In this document: positions 57,531-64,000 of the stretch, piece by piece | Position numbering within the stretch: position 1 is the first letter of the stretch | Layout: the number at the start of each line of letters is the position of its first letter | NCBI GenBank assembly: GCA_951406725.2 | Contig: OX597826.1 | Span: 24,738,001-24,802,000, forward strand | Length of the DNA: 64,000 bases | Direction: 5' to 3' | Source: Octopus vulgaris | Lineage: Eukaryota | The notes under the pieces: generated by a model | Told to the model about the DNA's origin: nothing | Database searches by the model: none | What the model saw: only the letters and a program-made list of their open reading frames with translations | Translations under genes and position numbers: made by a program

Positions 57531-58510
57531 TAGTAGCAATAGTCATGACGATGGCAGCGGTTGTTATTGATGTTTGTAGCCATGATGGGAGGTAGTGAGG
57601 GGAGGAGATAGTTCTGGTGGCTGTGGTAATGGTAATAACGACGACGACAACGACGACGATGATGATGATGATGATGACTATGGTGGCAACGCTAGTAATA
57701 ATATTTGGTGGTGGCGGGATAATGTCGATGGTTGAAGTAAAACAAGAGTTTTCGTAGCAGCAGCAGCAGCAGCAGTAGCAGTAGCAGTAGTAGTTGTTGT
57801 TGTTGTTCATACAGAAGAGGGAATGGTAGACAAATGCAGCAGTGACTGTAGCACTGGAGGTGGTGGTAATGGTGATGACGGCGGCGGCGGCGGCGGCGGT
57901 GGTGGTAGTAATGGTGATGACGGCGGCGGTGGTAGTGGTGGTAATGGTGATGACGGCGGCGGCGGCGGCAGTGGTGGTGGTAATGGTGATGACGGCGGCG
58001 GCGGTGGTGGTGGCGGTAGTGGTAATGGTGATGACGGCGGCGGCGGTGGTGGTGGCGGTAGTGGTAATGGTGATGACGGCGGCGGTGGTGGTGGTAATGG
58101 TGATGACGGCGGTGGCGGCGGCGGTGGTGGTGGTGGTAATGGTGATGACGGCGGCGGCGGCGGTGGTGGTGGTGGTGGTGGCTGAGGTGGTAGTGTTGGT
58201 GGTGGTGCTGGCTGTGTTGGTGGCTGTGGTTGTGGTGGTGGTGGTGGCTATGGTGGTGGCTGTGGCGGTGGCAGTGATGGCGGTGATGGTGGTGATGGTG
58301 GTGATGGTTGTGTGGTGGAGTGGTGGTAATGGCAGTGACGGTAGGGATAGCGGTAGCAGCACAGGTTGTAGTGGTGGTGGTGGTGGTAGTGGTGGTGATG
58401 GTTGCGATGATAGTCATGTTGATGATGGTTGGGGAATCGAAAGAGATGGTGGAGGCAGTGCAGATCATGAAAATGATGTTAGTGGCGGTGATAGTGGTGA
58501 TGACAGTAGG
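57090..58510. repeat. GGT/GAT/GGC low-complexity region containing a 24-33-bp minisatellite (about 57860-58180)
   Basis: Recurrent ggtaatggtgatgacggcggc unit. Confidence 0.9.
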
Positions 58511-59148
58511 TAAGGAATTTCGGTAAAGTCTGTTAGCAAGTGTTGAAGAACTTGGTTGGAATGAAGACTCGAAAGAATGAGGAGTTTTTATGTGAGTGGA
58601 ATAAAGGTGGGTTGGTGGAAGCTGTTTGTGGCAAGGAGCAGGTAAATTTTGAAGTACATGGGTTGGAAGGGGTAACACATGCACACACACAACCACACAT
58701 GTATATATGAATATATTACATACAAACATTGCATATATATGTATATGTATATTATATATATATATATTAATAATATCAAAGGGTAATCAGAAATATTACA
58801 AATTTCCATTACCAGTGGCTTAGCGTGTAAAAATTTAGTCGATTTAGAAATAGGAATTAAAAAGCCTTTTCTGTCTCCCAGACAGTAACACACTTTTTTA
58901 CTTTTTTACGTAGGCAAAAATGAAAAATAATGAATCCACAACTATCTACATATTCGCAAATATCGGGAACTCTTTCAGTTTCCGTCTACCAAATCCACTC
59001 ACAAGGCTTTGGTCGGCCCGAGGCTATATAGTAGAAGACAACTGCCCAAGGTGCCACGCAGTGGGACAGAACCCGGAACCAAGTGGTTGGTAAGCAAACT
59101 ATTTTCCACACGGCTACCCCCTGCACCTGTATGTATGTATGTATGTAT

Positions 59149-59211
<63 letters not shown>

Positions 59212-59212
<1 letters not shown>

Positions 59213-59562
59213 TGGAAGCACTCCGTCGGTTACGACGACGAGGGTTCCGGTAGATCCGATCAACGGAACAGCCTGCTCGTGAAATTAACGTGTAAGTGGC
59301 TGAGCACTCGGGGATATTCAGCGTGACACAGAGAGTGACAAGGCCGGCCCTTTGAAATACAGGTACAACAGAAATAGGAAGTAAGAGTGAGAGAAAGTTG
59401 TGGTGAAAGAGTACAGCAGGGAGTACACCACCATCCCTGCCGGAGCTTCGTGGAGCTTTAGGTGTTTTCGCTCAATAAACACTCACAACGCCCGGTCTGG
59501 GAATCGAAACCGCGATCCTACGACTGTGAGTCCGCTGCCCTAACCACTGGGCCATTGCGCCT
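59212..59562 (-). mobile_element. Third tRNA-derived SINE family (relatives at 27347-27660- and 39757-40090+)
   Basis: Head ggcgcaatggcccagtggttagggc...ggtttcgattccc with A/B boxes; body shared with the 27347 copy. Confidence 0.75.
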
Positions 59563-59563
59563 C

Positions 59564-59641
<78 letters not shown>

Positions 59642-59944
59642 TATCGTACAATGAGAACGAGTGCTCAATACTGCATTTGGTGGATAAATATCCTTTATCT
59701 GTAGATTAAGAAGGCTACCAGAGGTTTTATGCTTTTCTCTATATGAAACCATTGGTAGCCTTGTTAACACATAAAATATATGCGTATAGACACACACATA
59801 CACACACATGCTCTCACACACACATATTTATGCGCATACGTATACAAGGCAGTTGGGAGAAAAGGAAAAGAAAGCTAGAAATAGATAGATAGAGAGGAAC
59901 AAGATATACACGTGCTCAGGCAGACACTTAACGGTTGTCGTCCA

Positions 59945-60177
59945 AAGGCGGCGAGCTGGCAGAAACGTTAGCACGTCGGGCGAAATGTTTAGCAGTATTT
60001 CGTCTGCCGCTACGTTCTGAGTTCAAATTCCGCCGAGGTCGACTTTGCCTTTCATCCTTTTGGGGTCGATTAAATAAGTACCAGTTACGCACTGGGATCG
60101 ATATAATCGACTTAACCCGTTTGTCTGTCCTTGTTTGTCACCTCTGTGTGTAGCCCCTTGTGGGTAGTAAAGAAATA
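59945..60177 (+). mobile_element. Monomeric tRNA-derived SINE with Tx1-like tail (also 23907-24136; related - strand fragments clustered at 23050-23715, 26100-26290, 33825-34030)
   Basis: 12-bp TSD ggttgtcgtcca at 59933-59944 and 60178-60189; ends gccccttgtgggtagtaaagaaat. Confidence 0.88.
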
Positions 60178-60557
60178 GGTTGTCGTCCATCGTTTTACTT
60201 TTTAACACCCACATGCACATATACGTATACACACGCACGTGCGCGCGCACACACACATATATACCGACAAAAAAACACACTTGCCAACGGACACGTGCTC
60301 ACACAACTAAATATTTTTCGCTAAATCTCTTTCTCCCTCCCTCTCCTCTTTCCTTCTCTATTTCTTTACCATCTTCTCTCTCCTCCTCGTTCTCATTTTC
60401 TCATATGTACACACACACACATACACACATACATGCGCGCGCGCGCGAAGTATTTGTTTATAAACACACACAAGTATCACACGTATACATGCATACAGCC
60501 AGCACGCTATGTATGTATGAATGTATGTATGTATATTTATATGTGTGTGTGTGTGTA

Positions 60558-60624
<67 letters not shown>

Positions 60625-62082
60625 GTATTTATGATTTTTCTTCGAGTTCGTTTAAGTTCTTGAGAGAGTTCAAGCCGGCCGCTAACAAAGTGACAAGGTT
60701 TTTTGACTTGAGTTCCCGATGTTTGTAATTATGTGATCGAGCTGGTATTTTGCTTGAACTAGCGGTGCATATACCCAAGTGTGTGCATCTATTCACTTAA
60801 GAATCTCAGGTGTGTACGTGCGTGTGTACGTATGTATGTATGTCTATGTGTGTGTGTATGTGTGAATATATTCTTTCTGATCGGTTTATATTACGATTAT
60901 ATTATTGCCAGCCATGTTCTCGGAAGTAAGGCTGTAGATTATATTATGACTAGCCATATTTTCGAAGTAAGGCTGCAAGGAAAAGCTTCTTATTTTAAAA
61001 AGTCCTGTTCTTACCGTCTTCTTTAGTCCAACCATTAACCCATTAGATTTTCAAGTCTCACACAGTTTTTTTTTATTGTCGCAGATGTTGTGATCATCTG
61101 AAGGGTATGGAATAATGAACTACATTCTTTCTACAAAAGTCCAAGTTTAACCATACCTTGATCCAGCATGTTAGTATGTGATAAGTTTAAAAATGTATTT
61201 TAGGTACTGGATTCCTAGACTTCTCGTAAATGGCCCATAGACGTCTTCTTTCTCCATTTTTACTTTTCCACATTGATGTCAAATGGGTAACCGATTTTCA
61301 CAATAAATGAACTTGCGAAGAGAAAAAAAAATGGACCTGTTGAGTTGTAGTAAATTGTAACTGAATCCTACTCAAGACAACGATTGCATATGGCTCAGTT
61401 TGATGTAAAAATGATCCCTAATAAAGGTACAGAATGATGTAAAAGGGAAAGCACATATTTAAAAACTCTACACTCATGCACTCAAAGCTCACGCGTGTAC
61501 GAACACTGTCTCATTTAAGGTTTCAGAGTGATTATGTCCATTTACATAATATGAACTTATATACGTGATTACATTTATTGAATGTCTCGGATTTTGGCAT
61601 TTAGATATATCCTATGTTACAATGAATTTCTCAGGAGCTATACTTTCTCTGCGATATAGAAGCCACGTCCTTTGCTAGCATTTTTATAAGGCTTTAGAAT
61701 TTCAGGTCCAGTTATCAAATGATCTAAATACCCTTAAGTTTATTTGCCAGTTATTTCCCTCTAACAATTAACTATGAACTGAAGAAGAGAAAAATTAAAC
61801 TTTTCCACGCCACTTAGAAAACTTAGCCATTTATACAGGCGCCAGCATGTACGAGCCAAAAGGTTTGGAAAATTGTCTGTAATTCTCGACTTGAAAAATT
61901 CTCCAGAAGTGACAAGCCAGAAAGTCTTCGTTGAACCCCAGAATCCCTTTCAGATCATCGTCGTTCATATAAACCTCTACAAACTCTCTGCTCAACAACA
62001 ATCAGAAGAGCATCATCACCCTTATCATTTCTATCTGCATCATCCTCACGATTCTTCTTCGGCTCCTTTTCTTCCTTTTTTC

Positions 62083-62292
<210 letters not shown>

Positions 62293-62850
62293 ACAGTCCG
62301 CATCAATACCAACACCCCCATTACCGTTACTATCAGCACTAACAACAACAAATTATGCCAGATAGAACTTCTTTTTGGTTTTTGAAGGAAAATTAACCGA
62401 AAACCAAGTAAAACGACAAAAAATGACAACATAACAAAACGAAAATTCGCAATAGTCTATCTCTGTCTTCTGCTTTCATTCCACCGAAAATTAGTTTAAA
62501 AAGAAAACAACTACAACAATAGTAACAACAACAACAACAGCAATAGCAACAGCAACAACAATAGCAATAACAACATCAAACCCTAACAATAACAGCAGCA
62601 ACAACAACAACAATAATAACAACAATATCCGAAAAGAGAGTAGCTGTGTCGTAGGAAGATCAGGTTTCTTAGACGAGAAAGAAGCCGGCAGTTTGTGAAG
62701 AGTCTATTTTAGGTGTGTTGGAGGTATTTCTGCTTATTATCGTTTCTGGATTCCTAGCAGAGTACTATATACCTTACTAAAAGGAAAGAACATGCCAAGA
62801 CGAAGGTACAATAGAAAACTTATTTTGCAGGTTGGTGTTAACGTTGGTAA

Positions 62851-62911
<61 letters not shown>

Positions 62912-62925
62912 CGCGCGCGCGTGTA

Positions 62926-62959
<34 letters not shown>

Positions 62960-63385
62960 CACGTCTGTGTGTTGAGTGTTTCTGTGCGTGTGTGTATGTG
63001 TGTGGGCATAGGTGTTCATAGGTGTGTGTAGATGAGTGGGTGTGTGGGATAGATGGAGGGGAAAATAGATCTGAGCGGTGGGGAGACAGGTATAGATAAA
63101 GGGATAGAAAGGTACAGTTGTGAAGAGGAGGTAGCTAGAGGGGTAGTGTGTACACACAGTTATATATAAATATACAAACATATACTATATGTACGCGTGT
63201 GTTTGCATACACACACACATACTATATATATGTGTATGCGTGTAGTAATGTATGTTGAGTGTGGGTGTGCGTGAGTGTTGTCAGGAAATTTGATTGGAGT
63301 ATAGAATGAAAGATTAGAGTGGAACGGATGGACGAATAGTGTGTTGAGAGAACAGACTTGTGTGTATGTTTGGGGTTGTGATTCT

Positions 63386-63437
<52 letters not shown>

Positions 63438-63640
63438 TCACGAAGACACACACCCTCGGTAGCCACTACACACATGTTTTTCTCTCCTTACTTCTCTCCT
63501 TGTTTCTTTCTGTGTTCCTTTCTGTGGAAGAGCGTAGGCTTGAAACGTTAAAGACTTTTTTAATTCCCGAGCGTTATACTAATACATCTGTTTGTTTTCT
63601 ACACCAACTGTCTTCGTCTTTTGTTTTTTTCGTGCATTCT

Positions 63641-63728
<88 letters not shown>

Positions 63729-64000
63729 GTATATGTATATATACATATACATATGTATATATTTGTATGTATTTATGTATTCGTTTATTCTTTTATTCTT
63801 TTATTTGATTCAATCATTTGACAGCGGCTATGCTGGAGCACCGCCTTTAGTCGAGCAAATCGACCCAGAACTTAGTCTCAGTAAGCCTGGTACTCATTCT
63901 ATCGGTCTCTTTTTGCCGAATCGCTAAGTTACGGGGACGTAAACACACCAGCATCCAGCGATGTTGGTGCGACAAACACAAACACACAAATATATATACA

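Noticed and set aside
57454-58729. Long Thr/Ala-, His- or Gly/Asp-rich ORFs resembling mucin or glycine-rich proteins
   Set aside because: Open in several frames on both strands because of trinucleotide low complexity; no splice or domain support

Overview
Eukaryotic, intron- and repeat-dominated DNA, most likely from an octopus-type cephalopod (inferred from the tRNA-derived SINE families and the very high microsatellite density). One host gene is supported: a five-exon, phase-consistent S1 (chymotrypsin-fold) serine protease on + (24895-32464) with an intact His/Asp/Ser triad; its signal-peptide exon was not located. Mobile content includes a full-length but frameshifted Tx1/L1-clade LINE with a 20-bp TSD, an ORF1-only Tx1 derivative, two 5'-truncated Tx1 copies, several SINE families, Helitron-like elements, MITEs and mariner fragments. 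The main unannotated signal is a dense set of ORF-less, (TA)n-flanked, partial-tandem or inverted repeats (units of about 350-830 bp) carrying hammerhead ribozyme (HHR) motifs, i.e. Penelope-pLTR/retrozyme-like elements. Two unrelated families have all HHR core segments in a strand order that fits none of types I/II/III and would need a pseudoknot; compensatory changes between copies support the fold. All RNA folds were read by eye, not computed. Most ORFs in the supplied track are microsatellite artefacts.
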